A DNA stretch of 62,717 bases from a virus (IMGVR_UViG_3300037509_000107:1-62717); one strand, 5' to 3'. Shown: positions 36,373 to 46,556, counted from the stretch's first letter. Program-made: numbers and translations. Notes: generated from the letters alone by a model not told the origin.

Positions 36373-36993
36373 ATGCCCACGAACCCCACACTCGAAGCCT
36401 TCGTCCGCGACCGCCTCGCCGACTCCGACGCGGCGATCCTCACCGCGTGGCTGGCGGACATGACCACCATCCGCCCCATCCCACTCAAGCCGCTCAAGGC
36501 CCGGCTCCGCGCCATGGTGGTCGACGGGGAAACCGGCGAATCACTCTTCCAGCGCATCGAGGCGATCGTCGCCGACGGCACCAAGCCGATTAAGGTCCGC
36601 AACGGGCTGGCAAACTTCCTCGGACAAGCCGCCGACGACCAGACGGAGATCGGCAGCGACGACGACGACACGGGCACCGCCACCAAAACGGCCGCCCTGC
36701 TCGGCTACCTCGCCGCCGCCGGCGTGATGACCGCCGCCCACGTCGCCGCCATCTACGCGATGGGCGGCGGCCGGCGGCACGACCCCGCCGTGACGCCGGG
36801 GGACGTGGCCGCGGCAAGGGCGGCCGTCGTGCGGGCCGACGCGATCGATGCGTTGCAGCGGGCGGCCGTGGCCGAGCTGACCGCCGCGCAGGTGCTGCAC
36901 CAGCAGCGAGGCAGCCGGCTCGCCGACCTCCGCAACGACGACACGCTGTCCGTGCCGGCGACGCTGGCCGAGCTGGACGCGGGGGGCGAGTGA
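36373..36993 (+). CDS. Hypothetical virion-associated protein
   Basis: GGGAG RBS. Confidence 0.6.
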   Translation: MPTNPTLEAFVRDRLADSDAAILTAWLADMTTIRPIPLKPLKARLRAMVVDGETGESLFQRIEAIVADGTKPIKVRNGLANFLGQAADDQTEIGSDDDDTGTATKTAALLGYLAAAGVMTAAHVAAIYAMGGGRRHDPAVTPGDVAAARAAVVRADAIDALQRAAVAELTAAQVLHQQRGSRLADLRNDDTLSVPATLAELDAGGE

Positions 36994-37742
36994 TGCCCGC
37001 CCCTGCCTCCGGGATGTCGCTCTGGCTCAAGGCCGACGCCGGGCTGTACGACGCGGCCAGCGGCGGGAGCGCCGTAACGGCCAACGGCGCGAGCGTGGCC
37101 CGGTGGGAGGACCAGAGCGGCAACGCCCGACACGTCACGCAGGCGGCGAGCGGCAACCGCCCGACCTACGTAGCGTCGGCGCTCAACGGCCTGCCCGCCG
37201 TCAGTTTCGCGACCGCGCAGGGGCTGCGGAACACCTCGCTCGCGGTCGCGCAGCCGAACGACGTGTACGCCGTGTTCGATTTCGCCGCGGACGCCGGCAC
37301 GCTGTTTTTGTGCGACGGGGACGGCAGCGGGCACCGGCAGAGCCCGATTTTTCGCTACCCGTCGGCCAACCTGTTCCGCGTCTTCGCCGGGACCGAGGCG
37401 GACACCGGGGCCGGGTCGCTAGCCGGCGGGACGTTCCGCCTGATGTCGTTCCGCTTCAACGGCGCGGCGTCCGCCGTGCGGGTCGACGGCACTGCCGTAG
37501 GTTCGACGTTCAACCCCGGCGCGCAGGGGCTGGCCGGTGTCACGGTCGGCAACCGCTTCACGCTCAACTTGGGGTTGCGGGGCCGGCTCGCGGAAATCCT
37601 GATCTACCCGTCCGCCCTGCCCGACGCCGGCCGGCAGACTGTGGAGCAGTACCTCGGCCAGAAGTGGCTCGGCTGGACCCCGGCCGCCGCCGGCCTGCTC
37701 CCGATCCTGCTCGCCCACGGCCTCTACGCCGGGAGTCGCTGA
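36990..37742 (+). CDS. LamG/concanavalin-A-like domain protein
   Basis: LWLKADAG, VARWEDQSGNARH, LNGLPAVSF, GRLAEILIY..AL....VEQYLGQKW. Confidence 0.85.
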   Translation: MMPAPASGMSLWLKADAGLYDAASGGSAVTANGASVARWEDQSGNARHVTQAASGNRPTYVASALNGLPAVSFATAQGLRNTSLAVAQPNDVYAVFDFAADAGTLFLCDGDGSGHRQSPIFRYPSANLFRVFAGTEADTGAGSLAGGTFRLMSFRFNGAASAVRVDGTAVGSTFNPGAQGLAGVTVGNRFTLNLGLRGRLAEILIYPSALPDAGRQTVEQYLGQKWLGWTPAAAGLLPILLAHGLYAGSR

Positions 37743-37745
37743 CCC

Positions 37746-39845
37746 ATGCCGAGACCCATCAAGCACGGCTCAGCAGATCAGTCGGTAGTCATCCGAATCA
37801 TTGACAGCACCGACGGCACCCCCGAGACGGGCGTCGCCTGGAACACGTCGGGGATTGCCCTGTGGTACCGGCGGGACGGCGGGTCCAAGGTGGACATCAC
37901 CGAGGCGACGCTGGCCGCAGCCGACTCGGCTCACGCGGACGGCGGTTTCGTCGCCATCGCCGACGGGTACTACCGCCTCGACCTCCCCGACGCCGCCTGC
38001 GCCTCCGGCTCGACCGGCGTCGCGGTCGGCGGCACCGTGACGGGCATGGTGGTGATCGGCGCGTACCACCCGCTCGTCCCGTGGGACCCGCAGGACGCCG
38101 CCCGCCTCGGCCTGACCGCCCTGCCCTCGTCCGGCACGCTCGCCGTCAACCCGACGCTCGCCGCCTCGCAGGCGTTCAACAACACCGGACAGACCATCCC
38201 GGTCCTGGCTGCCCTAGCCGACGACCGCCTGGCCGGCGCCCGCGCCGTCGCCGCCGCCATCCGCGCGGTGCAGACGGACCGGGTCGACTTCTTCCGCGCC
38301 GGCGACAGCACGACGATCGGCTACGAGGCCGGCCTCGCGGAGTGCCTGTCGAAGATCGGCCAGCAGTACGCGTCGCCCCTGTTCTGGGGTGGCGAGGACG
38401 CCCAGGCCGGCGTCGGCTACCTCTGCGGCATCCAGTACGCCGCGGGGACGCCCGGCACCGGCGCGCCGAGCCAGTTGGCGGCCTACCTTGACCGGGGTTC
38501 GGGCGGGCTGTACCCCGCCGGCTACAGCTACTACACCGCCGGCGTCTTCCTGGCCGACGCAGTGGTGGTGGACCCCGGCTGTCCGCTGGGGCTGGCCGGG
38601 CCGATGACGTGGGAGATCCACTACGGCACGTTCGCCAGCGGCACGCACTCGTTCCACCCGACGATCATCCACGAGGCCGAGCCGTACACGCTGATCGTGG
38701 ACGCCGGTAGCGTCAACGCGACGACGGGCGGCTACGGGATGACCCGCATGGACGTGGCCCTGCCGGCGGACGCCGCCCGCACCCGGCAGCTGAAGTTCCG
38801 CACGGCCCGCCTCGGCGTGGACGGGCACGCCGACCCGTTCCTGCTCTACCACCGGGTCGTGCGGGCCGACCGCCCGGCCGGCTGGTCGACCCACGTGCTC
38901 GACGCCCGCAACGGCCAGTCGATGCGGTTGGTCGCCTACGACTTGCAACAGGCGACCAACACGACGCTGACCTACTACTTCAGCCAGATCCGCCGCCTAC
39001 AAGGCCACACCAAGCGGCTCGTCTTCGTCCTCAACGGCTCGCAGAACGACGCCACCGACAGCAACACCAGCGTCGGCCCGGCCGCCGTCGCCTCCAACAC
39101 CGCCGACGGCTACTTTGACAACATGCTGGCGATCGTCCAGCGGATCACGGGGCTGTGGCGGACGAACGGGTGGGACCCATCCGAGCTGTACTGGATCTTC
39201 GAGCCGACGCACCCCAAGGCCGCGAGCGAGGCCGCGCTGGTGACGCAGCAGCGGGAGGCCGCCCGGCGGCTGGCCCGGTTCGTGCCGCAGTCGGTGGCGG
39301 TCGACCTGTCGGAGCTGACGACGTACGACGAGCTGGTCGCGGCCGGCTACCTCGACACCGGCGACCTCGCCCACCCCACGGCCAGCGGCTACACGGAGCT
39401 GACTCGGCTGCGGCTGTACGAGGTCGCGAAGCGGGGCGAATCCCTGCCCACCGGCGGGATCGCGACGGCCAGTTTCGCGAGCGGCACGAGGGTCCCGCGG
39501 GTGACGCTGGTCGACACGACGACGGACGTGACCAACGTCGTGGACGCCTCCGTCTCCCCCCTCGCCTCCGGCACCGTCGCGAGCACCACCGGCACCACGA
39601 CGACGCTCGACAGCGGGGCCGTCGCGACCGCCAGCTACTACCTCAACGCCCGGCTCGTCATCACGACCGGCACCGGCGCCGGCCAGGAACGACTCATCAC
39701 CGCCTACAGCGCCGGCCGCGTCGCCACCCACGCGGCCTGGACGACCAACCCGACCAGCAGCAGCACCTACGAGATCCAGCCGGCCCGGGGCGTGGGGCGG
39801 GACATCAGCATCACCAACCGCAGCGTCGCCGTCGCCGACCTCTAA
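37746..39845 (+). CDS. Virion protein with central SGNH/GDSL esterase domain
   Basis: AGDST, NGSQND, DLAHPTASGY; Thr-rich beta termini. Confidence 0.7.
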   Translation: MPRPIKHGSADQSVVIRIIDSTDGTPETGVAWNTSGIALWYRRDGGSKVDITEATLAAADSAHADGGFVAIADGYYRLDLPDAACASGSTGVAVGGTVTGMVVIGAYHPLVPWDPQDAARLGLTALPSSGTLAVNPTLAASQAFNNTGQTIPVLAALADDRLAGARAVAAAIRAVQTDRVDFFRAGDSTTIGYEAGLAECLSKIGQQYASPLFWGGEDAQAGVGYLCGIQYAAGTPGTGAPSQLAAYLDRGSGGLYPAGYSYYTAGVFLADAVVVDPGCPLGLAGPMTWEIHYGTFASGTHSFHPTIIHEAEPYTLIVDAGSVNATTGGYGMTRMDVALPADAARTRQLKFRTARLGVDGHADPFLLYHRVVRADRPAGWSTHVLDARNGQSMRLVAYDLQQATNTTLTYYFSQIRRLQGHTKRLVFVLNGSQNDATDSNTSVGPAAVASNTADGYFDNMLAIVQRITGLWRTNGWDPSELYWIFEPTHPKAASEAALVTQQREAARRLARFVPQSVAVDLSELTTYDELVAAGYLDTGDLAHPTASGYTELTRLRLYEVAKRGESLPTGGIATASFASGTRVPRVTLVDTTTDVTNVVDASVSPLASGTVASTTGTTTTLDSGAVATASYYLNARLVITTGTGAGQERLITAYSAGRVATHAAWTTNPTSSSTYEIQPARGVGRDISITNRSVAVADL

Positions 39846-39854
39846 CGCCCTCCC

Positions 39855-40637
39855 TTGGCTACGATCAACGTCACATTTACGGGCGACATCGCCTCTGCGG
39901 TGACGCTGCTGACCCTTGTCCGATCGGACACGGGGGCATCCGTCTCGTTCGACGCCGCGTTCACCGACGCCGGCAGTGGGACGTGGACCCGGACGTTCAC
40001 CGCCCCGGCCACGAACGTCACCTACTCGTACACCTACTCCGTCACGTGGACGGACGGGACCACGACGCCCAGCGTTCCGGGCACCGTCTATGTCCCCGCC
40101 ACCAGCTACAGCGGCCGGTACACCACCGCCGCCCTGCTCCGCCGCCGGTTCGGCACCCGCAACGTCCTCGCCTGGAGCGACACCGAGGGCACCGGCACCG
40201 AGGACACGACGGCGGTTCAGGAAGCCATCGACCATGCGGAAGACGTGTTGGACGCGGAATTTAATGGGTCGGTGTACGCCGTCCCCTTCACCGCCACCGG
40301 TGCCGCCCTTCCGAAGACCGTCGTCAACTGGGCAACGGAACTGGCCGGCTACTGGCTGTACACGAAGCGGGGGCTGGAGGACGGGGACAAGAAGGGTGAC
40401 AAGCTCACGGCGATGTACGGCCGGGTGATGGGCGAGATCCGGCGGTACCGCGACGGATGGCCCCGCCGCACCCTGCTCGGCGTCTCCATGCGGACCGGCG
40501 TCGGCTCGGCCGTGACGATCGTCAGCCCGCGGGCCCGGAACGTCAGCAACGGGGCCGCGCTGGACCCGACGACGCAGGGGCGAGGCCCGGCGGTCCGGCA
40601 CGTCCAGGGCGCCGGGTTCATCGTCGGAGGCGGGTAA
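39855..40637 (+). CDS. Mu gp36/DUF1320-like head-tail adaptor with N-terminal Ig-like domain
   Basis: YTT..LL..RFG...., VQEAIDHAEDVLDAEF....YAVP, LAGYWLY. Confidence 0.75.
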   Translation: MATINVTFTGDIASAVTLLTLVRSDTGASVSFDAAFTDAGSGTWTRTFTAPATNVTYSYTYSVTWTDGTTTPSVPGTVYVPATSYSGRYTTAALLRRRFGTRNVLAWSDTEGTGTEDTTAVQEAIDHAEDVLDAEFNGSVYAVPFTATGAALPKTVVNWATELAGYWLYTKRGLEDGDKKGDKLTAMYGRVMGEIRRYRDGWPRRTLLGVSMRTGVGSAVTIVSPRARNVSNGAALDPTTQGRGPAVRHVQGAGFIVGGG

Positions 40638-40643
40638 CGCGCC

Positions 40644-41267
40644 ATGCAGATCGAATCCGTCGACATCGACTCCCTCGCGCCGGACCCGCGGAACGCCAAG
40701 AAGCACGGCGCCCGCAGCATTGCGGAGATCAAGAACTCCCTCTCCCGGTTCGGTCAGCAACGCCCCATCGTCGTCGACGCCGCCGGCGTCGTCCGCGCCG
40801 GCAACGGCACGCTCCAGGCCGCCCGTGAACTCGGCTGGCGGTTCATCGACGTCGTCCGCTCCGACCTGTCGCCGACGGAACTGCGGGCGTTCGCGATCGC
40901 CGACAACCGCACGGCGGAGTGGGCTGATTGGAACCTGTCGGAGCTGGCCGACGCGCTCGCCGACCCCGGCGTCGGCGACGTGGGGTTCGAGGCTGGCGAG
41001 TTCGAGAAACTGACCGCCGCCCTGGCGACGTCGGAGTCCGCCCCCGACGGTCCGCCGCCTGGTGCGGCGGATCCGGCGACCGCACCGGAACCCACCGACT
41101 CGACGCCGCCGAAGTCCGGCCGGTCGATCAAGCTGACCGCCGAGCAGCGCGAGGGCGTCGACGACGCATTCGCCCGGTTCCGCGAGAAACACGGCGCCGA
41201 CGGTCCCCCGCTGAGCGAGGGGCAAATCGTGACGCTGATCTTCGCGGACTGGGTCGCGGGCAACTGA
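40644..41267 (+). CDS. ParB/Srx N-terminal domain protein
   Basis: LAPDPRNAKKH, SLSRFGQQRPIVVD, AGNGTLQAARELG, IADNRT. Confidence 0.88.
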   Translation: MQIESVDIDSLAPDPRNAKKHGARSIAEIKNSLSRFGQQRPIVVDAAGVVRAGNGTLQAARELGWRFIDVVRSDLSPTELRAFAIADNRTAEWADWNLSELADALADPGVGDVGFEAGEFEKLTAALATSESAPDGPPPGAADPATAPEPTDSTPPKSGRSIKLTAEQREGVDDAFARFREKHGADGPPLSEGQIVTLIFADWVAGN

Positions 41268-41279
41268 GAACGGCCGGAC

Positions 41280-41546
41280 GTGGCTGACGACCTCTGGCGC
41301 CTCACCTTCTGCCGCGAGGGTCCCGCCGCCGCCGGCGCCCCGCCGATGGAGGTCCGCGTCCGGCGGCTCCTCAAGGCGGCCCTGCGGGGCTACGGGCTAC
41401 GGTGCGTGCGGGTGGAGTCGACACGGGCGGCAAGGAACCAACAGGACGACGCGACCAGTGGGCAGACGGGGACCAAAGCCGGTTTACGACGTAGAGCGCC
41501 ACCCATTTCTTGTAAGGGCTCTCGCTCGCGAGGGCAAAACGGCTGA
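41280..41546 (+). CDS. Small basic protein (PPMEVRVRRLLKAALRGYGLRC)
   Basis: Paralog of 13672-13842; overlaps terS start. Confidence 0.55.
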   Translation: MADDLWRLTFCREGPAAAGAPPMEVRVRRLLKAALRGYGLRCVRVESTRAARNQQDDATSGQTGTKAGLRRRAPPISCKGSRSRGQNG

Positions 41547-42081
41547 CGTAATTGCCCGTGAAATCGGGGTTTCCCGCAAGACCCTGTACGCCTGGGTCGA
41601 ACAGTACCCGGAAATAGGTGGCGCGCTCCAGGGGGGTCGATGGCTGGCCGACGCCAAGGTCGAAGACAGCCTGTACAGCCGGGCCACCGGCTACACCTAC
41701 GAGGACCAGGAGGTCCGCCAAGTCACGACCGAGGACGAGCGGCCGGTCGAGAGCGAGCGGGGCAAGCAGCTCGGCCAGACCGAGAAGGTGACCAAGACCG
41801 TCCGCACCGTCCGGCGGATGAAGTACCACTGCCCGCCGGACGTAGCTGCCTGCATCTTCTGGCTTAAGAACCGGCGACCGGCACAGTGGCGGGAGAAGGT
41901 GGCGGAGCCGAAACCGGAGGGGGCGGCCGGACCGCATGACGTCGCACGACGATTGGCCGCGCAGGTGTTGGGCGACCCGGAGGCGTACGCCGCGGCTGAA
42001 CTGCTGGCCCGGATGATGTCCCCCGATGCCGCCGAAGCCGCCGCCCCCAACGCCACAGCCCCTGCCTCCGGCGGAACTTGA
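41458..42081 (+). CDS. terS: Terminase small subunit
   Basis: GRRGPK..Y, HTH IAREIGVSRKTLYAW, VEDSLYSRATGY, PPDVAACIFWLKNRRP.QWR. Confidence 0.85.
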   Translation: MGRRGPKPVYDVERHPFLVRALAREGKTADVIAREIGVSRKTLYAWVEQYPEIGGALQGGRWLADAKVEDSLYSRATGYTYEDQEVRQVTTEDERPVESERGKQLGQTEKVTKTVRTVRRMKYHCPPDVAACIFWLKNRRPAQWREKVAEPKPEGAAGPHDVARRLAAQVLGDPEAYAAAELLARMMSPDAAEAAAPNATAPASGGT

Positions 42082-43510
42082 GCGGATCGAACGGGTTGCC
42101 TGGCCGGACCGGTTCGCCGAGTACGCCAGCGGCGGCGCCTTCCGGCCGTTCGCCTACCAGCGGTTCATCGCCCGGCGGATCGCGGCGGCGGTGGCCCGGG
42201 GCAACGGCCGGCTGATCGTCAACCTCCCCAGCCGGCACGGCAAGAGCGAGTTGTGCAGCCGCTGGATCCCGACGTGGTTCCTGGACTGCCAGCCCCGCAA
42301 GCGGGTGATCGTCGCCTGCTACGGCGCCGAGCTGGCCGAGAACTGGGGCCGGACCGTCCGCAACGAGTTCGACCACAACGAGCGGCTGACCGCCCGCCTG
42401 CGGGACGACTCCAAGGCCGCCAACCGCTGGAACACCCCGGAGGGGGGCGGGATGCTGGCCGTCGGCGTCGGCGGCGCGGTGATCGGGTTCGGCGGGGACC
42501 TGATCGTCATCGACGACCCGCACAAGGACTGGGCCGAGGCCCACAGCCCCACCCAGCGCAAGCGGGTGATCGAGTGGTTCGGCTCGACGCTGTACAGCCG
42601 GTGCGAGCCGCGCGGGACGATCGTGCTGCTGATGCAGCGGCTGCACGCCGAGGACCTCAGCGGCTTCCTGATCGAGCACCACGCGGAGCCGTGGGACGTC
42701 GTCCGCCTGCCGGCGATGGCCGAGGAAGCCGACCCCATGGGCCGGCCGGCCGGTGCCGCGCTGTGCCCAGAGCGGTATGACGCCGACGCCCTGCTCCGCC
42801 TCCGCCACGGCCTGACGGTCGGCGCGTGGGAGTCGATGTACCAGCAGCGCCCCGAGGCGTTCGGCGCCGGCCGCGCCTACCACCGGTTCGTCCCCGCCGC
42901 GAACGAGGACAAGACGCTGCGGCTGCGGCCGGAACTGCCGGTCCACCTGGCGTTCGACTTCAACGTCAACCCCGGTACGCACGGCATCGTCGGCCAGTAC
43001 GACCCGCGGGCGGATGTCTTCACGGCCTTGCACGAGATCTTCGGGCCGCGGCAAAAGACCGGGCCGACGATGGACGAGTTCGCCCGGGTGGCCAAGCGGC
43101 TCGGCGTGCCGGCCGGGGCGGAGGTCGTCGTCTTCGGCGACCGCAGCGGCAAGTCCGAGCACACGACGACGTCGGAGACGGACTACCAGATCATCCTGGC
43201 CAAGCTCCGCCAGTTCGGCTACCGCCCGACGCTGCGGGTGCCGGCGGCGAACCCGCCGGTGAAGGACCGGCTCGACACGTTCAACGACGCGCTGTGCGAC
43301 CAGTTCGGTGGGGTGCATTACCTCGTGAACCCGCTGACGTGCCCGCGGCTGGTCAACGACCTGAAGCGGTGCAAGGAAGACGAGGACGGGCTGCTCGACA
43401 AGAGCGACGAGGACCTGACGCACCCGAGCGACGCCGAGGGGTATCGAATCATCCGCCTCCGTCCGATCCGCAAGCTGACGATCACCGGCGCGCCGCCGGT
43501 CATCGTGTGA
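42026..43510 (+). CDS. terL: Terminase large subunit
   Basis: NLPSRHGKS, GFGGDLIVIDDP, LMQRLHAEDL, nuclease AFDFNVNP...HPSDAEGY. Confidence 0.92.
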   Translation: MPPKPPPPTPQPLPPAELERIERVAWPDRFAEYASGGAFRPFAYQRFIARRIAAAVARGNGRLIVNLPSRHGKSELCSRWIPTWFLDCQPRKRVIVACYGAELAENWGRTVRNEFDHNERLTARLRDDSKAANRWNTPEGGGMLAVGVGGAVIGFGGDLIVIDDPHKDWAEAHSPTQRKRVIEWFGSTLYSRCEPRGTIVLLMQRLHAEDLSGFLIEHHAEPWDVVRLPAMAEEADPMGRPAGAALCPERYDADALLRLRHGLTVGAWESMYQQRPEAFGAGRAYHRFVPAANEDKTLRLRPELPVHLAFDFNVNPGTHGIVGQYDPRADVFTALHEIFGPRQKTGPTMDEFARVAKRLGVPAGAEVVVFGDRSGKSEHTTTSETDYQIILAKLRQFGYRPTLRVPAANPPVKDRLDTFNDALCDQFGGVHYLVNPLTCPRLVNDLKRCKEDEDGLLDKSDEDLTHPSDAEGYRIIRLRPIRKLTITGAPPVIV

Positions 43511-43518
43511 GCCGACCC

Positions 43519-43755
43519 ATGTGCCGCTGCACCCCCGAGATTCGCACGCCGTTCTGCGGCAAGCCGGGATGCGAGGTCCCGCCCCAGTGGCAGGCCCCGC
43601 GACCCGCCTCCCGAACGATGGAGGAGCTGACCGAGGAGTGCTGGCACATCCTCGACTCCGCCGTTTTGGGCGGAGACACGGGGATGCGGAACGCCGCCGA
43701 GCGGATGGCCGCGCTGCTGAAGGAACTGACCGCCAACACCGGCCTCCGCAAGTAA
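43519..43755 (+). CDS. Small Cys-containing protein
   Basis: MCRCTPEIRTPFCGKPGC; fills terL-portal gap. Confidence 0.55.
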   Translation: MCRCTPEIRTPFCGKPGCEVPPQWQAPRPASRTMEELTEECWHILDSAVLGGDTGMRNAAERMAALLKELTANTGLRK

Positions 43756-43764
43756 CCCCGCCCC

Positions 43765-45549
43765 ATGCCCGACACCGACCCCCAGCAGCCCGCCGCGCCC
43801 GCTCCCCAGCCGGCGCAGGCCGCCGGCGCGCAGACCACGCTGCCGCCTGAAGGTCAGCAGTCGGGCGCGCAGGTCCTGAACAACTGGCTCGGCGCGGCCG
43901 GCGTGCTCGGGTTCGGCCCCGGCATGATCTTGTGCGGGGCGGGATCCCCGCTGCTGAGCGGCGCCGGCGGCTCGTGGGCCAACCCGTGCGGGATCAGCGG
44001 GTGGGGCGCGGCCGGGTTCGGCGGGCCGACGATCGGCACGTACCGGCTGATGCTCCAGCATCCCACGATCCGGCACGTCCGGGCCAACGTCTTCGCCCCG
44101 ATCAAAGACAGCCAGTGGACCGTCGAGCGGGCCGAGGAAAAGGAACAGGTCGAGCAGGAGCAGGCGGCCGACCCGATGGACCCAGCGGGCCGGCAGCCGC
44201 CGACCGATGGTGCCGAGGATCCCGACGCCGGCCCGGCCGACCCGCCGACCCCCGGCGCCCTCCCGCCCGAACCGCCGCAGCCGAACGACCCGATCGACGA
44301 GGCGGTCAAGTTCGTGCAGAAGGTGATGGACGGCCTGCGGCCCAAGCTGGTGCCGCACGCCCTCCGCGGCCTCGACTACGGCCACGCCCCGTTCGAGATC
44401 GTCTGGGGCCACGACCCCCGCGGGTACTACACGATCACCGTGGCCAAGCCGCTCGCCGTGTCGTCCTTCCCGCTCACCGGGTACGCCGGGGCCGTCGCCT
44501 ACACGGAGATCGAGGACGACGATTTCGGCAACCTGAAGACACTCCGCAACGTCGGCGTGAAAGGCGGGGCGAAGGGGGCGACCGTCGAGCTCCACGTCGC
44601 CGACCGCAAGGCGTGGCTCTACACGTACGACGGCGAGACGGGCAACCTCCGCGGCCGCAGCATCCTGGAGAACATCCGCGAGACCGCGTGGCTCGACTGG
44701 CTCGACGCCCGCCAGCAGTTGCAAAGCCTCGGCTTCAAGATCGCCGGCCGGCAGGCGTACGCCGTCGTCCCCCCCGGGGGTTACGAGCACCCCGTCACCG
44801 GGGAGTTCCGCACGTTCGCACAAGACGCCGCCGACGGCCTGACCGCGTTCGTCCACGGCAAGCAGCCCATCTTCATCCGGCCGGCCGTCGAGGGGATGGC
44901 CGACGACGTGAAGCAAGTCACGTCGGGCACGCCGCTTGTCAGTTTTGAGGTGGTGGACTTCGGAGACCAGGCCCCGTTTGCCGCGAGCCTGCTCAACCGC
45001 ATGGCCGCGGCCGAGCGGATGATGTTCAGCGGCTACCTCTGCTCCCCCCGCACCGGCATGGAGGCCGAGCACGGCAGCCGCGCCGACGCCGCGGAGCACA
45101 GGGACGGCGGGATCCAGATCAGCCAGGCGATCGCCAACGACCTCGCCCAGCAGGCGCAGGTCCTCGTGGACTGGCTCGCCGAGATCAACTTCGGCCTGCC
45201 GCACGGGACGCTGGTCATCAAGAACGCGCCGCTGGTCGACACGCGCAAGAGTGCCTACCTCGATGTGATCAAGGGCCTGCTGTTCAACCAGCAGTTCCAG
45301 AACGAGGCGGTCCACACGCTCGACGTCGACAAGATGCTCGACTCGCTGGACTTCCCGCGGCTAGCGAACTTCCGCGAGGTGCTGTTCGACCTCAAGGCAA
45401 TGCAGGCGCAGCAGTCCGCCCTGCAAGCCCAGCAGCCCCCCGCCGGCGGGGACGGGGCGGGCGAGGGGGATGAGGGCGACGATGGTCCGCCCAACGGCCC
45501 GCCGCAGCAACCGCCGACGCCCGCACTCCCGCCGCCGGCCGCGGCTTAA
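43765..45549 (+). CDS. Portal protein (Mu gp29/DUF935-like)
   Basis: Position after terL; ALRGLDYGHAPFEIVW, LRGRSILE, GSRADAAEH, LVDWLAEINFG. Confidence 0.8.
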   Translation: MPDTDPQQPAAPAPQPAQAAGAQTTLPPEGQQSGAQVLNNWLGAAGVLGFGPGMILCGAGSPLLSGAGGSWANPCGISGWGAAGFGGPTIGTYRLMLQHPTIRHVRANVFAPIKDSQWTVERAEEKEQVEQEQAADPMDPAGRQPPTDGAEDPDAGPADPPTPGALPPEPPQPNDPIDEAVKFVQKVMDGLRPKLVPHALRGLDYGHAPFEIVWGHDPRGYYTITVAKPLAVSSFPLTGYAGAVAYTEIEDDDFGNLKTLRNVGVKGGAKGATVELHVADRKAWLYTYDGETGNLRGRSILENIRETAWLDWLDARQQLQSLGFKIAGRQAYAVVPPGGYEHPVTGEFRTFAQDAADGLTAFVHGKQPIFIRPAVEGMADDVKQVTSGTPLVSFEVVDFGDQAPFAASLLNRMAAAERMMFSGYLCSPRTGMEAEHGSRADAAEHRDGGIQISQAIANDLAQQAQVLVDWLAEINFGLPHGTLVIKNAPLVDTRKSAYLDVIKGLLFNQQFQNEAVHTLDVDKMLDSLDFPRLANFREVLFDLKAMQAQQSALQAQQPPAGGDGAGEGDEGDDGPPNGPPQQPPTPALPPPAAA

Positions 45550-45788
45550 TCGAAATCGCTTGCCGGCAGGGACTGTTCGACCCACCGCATCGCCTCGGCC
45601 CCGAACCGTTCGCGGAAGAGGTCGATTGGCCGCCGCCGTGCCTGCTGAGCCTCGTAACGCAGCAGGGCCAGCGACGACGGATCGGGTTGCGGCGGCGGGT
45701 TGCCCGCGGCCCGCTGTGAAAGCTGCCGGATGCTCTGAATGTCCTTGATCGGCGTAGCCGTCCTCGAGTCTGCCCAGTCGCCCATCAT
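45546..45788 (-). CDS. Small hypothetical moron protein, probably leaderless
   Basis: TGCTATGAT 6 nt before ATG at 45785. Confidence 0.5.
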   Translation of the reverse strand: MMGDWADSRTATPIKDIQSIRQLSQRAAGNPPPQPDPSSLALLRYEAQQARRRPIDLFRERFGAEAMRWVEQSLPASDFD

Positions 45789-45867
45789 CCGATCATAGCA
45801 TGACCGCCCCCGCCCCGACGATCCCCACCCACCCCGCGCGCCGCGTGTTCCGCGGCAGCCGGTGGGC

Positions 45868-46011
45868 TTAGCGTCGCGGGGGCTTCGGGGCGTTCTTCTT
45901 GGGGCGGCCGCCCTTCTTGCCGTTGGCGGCGGCGGCCTTTGCTTTGGCGGGGGACTTGCGGCGGCCGAGGGCTGCCATCGCCTTGCGGATGATGTCGGAT
46001 TCGCTCGGCAT
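45868..46011 (-). CDS. 47-aa basic DNA-binding peptide (S.AKA.AA..NGKKGGRP)
   Basis: MPSESDIIRKAMAALGRRKSPAKAKAAAANGKKGGRPKK; TGATG coupling; not in track. Confidence 0.7.
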   Translation of the reverse strand: MPSESDIIRKAMAALGRRKSPAKAKAAAANGKKGGRPKKNAPKPPRR

Positions 46012-46550
46012 CACGCCCTCAGACACAGGCCCAGGATCATCGCGTCGATTCGCCAGACCTCGTCATCGGGGCAGGTGTTCCGGCGGGCCTGTAGTTCGCG
46101 GATGGCGGCCGCGACGCTGGGGTTGGCCGACTTCGGCCATCGATCGTCGTCCGGCAGGATCGTGCGGCGGTCCATCGTTGACCGAGCCCACGGCGCGTTG
46201 GGGTCGCCGGGGTACAGGTCCGGCAGTCGATACCCCATCCGGTCGAGCCTTTCGATTATCTCGCTCGCCCAGACGCTCCCGGTCAGATCCGACGGGGAGA
46301 CCGGTTCCCAGTCACCGACCCCGTTCTTGGTCGCCCGCCGCACGAGCGTCGGGGCGTAGTTTGAGCGGGCGAGGGCGAACCAGATTTCAACCCGCGGCGA
46401 GCCGGACCCGCCAGCGTCTTCCGGCAGGCTCGCCAGCAGGCGAACCGTGACCCACTGCTCGTCGCCCCCCGACAGGACCGTCCCGAAGATCTTTGGCCGA
46501 CCGCCGGTCGGCGGGGGCGAGTACGCGACATCGAGCTTTGTTGCCGGCAT
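46011..46550 (-). CDS. Hypothetical moron protein
   Basis: ATG 46550, 6 nt downstream of a -10 box. Confidence 0.6.
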   Translation of the reverse strand: MPATKLDVAYSPPPTGGRPKIFGTVLSGGDEQWVTVRLLASLPEDAGGSGSPRVEIWFALARSNYAPTLVRRATKNGVGDWEPVSPSDLTGSVWASEIIERLDRMGYRLPDLYPGDPNAPWARSTMDRRTILPDDDRWPKSANPSVAAAIRELQARRNTCPDDEVWRIDAMILGLCLRA

Positions 46551-46556
46551 AGAGCC

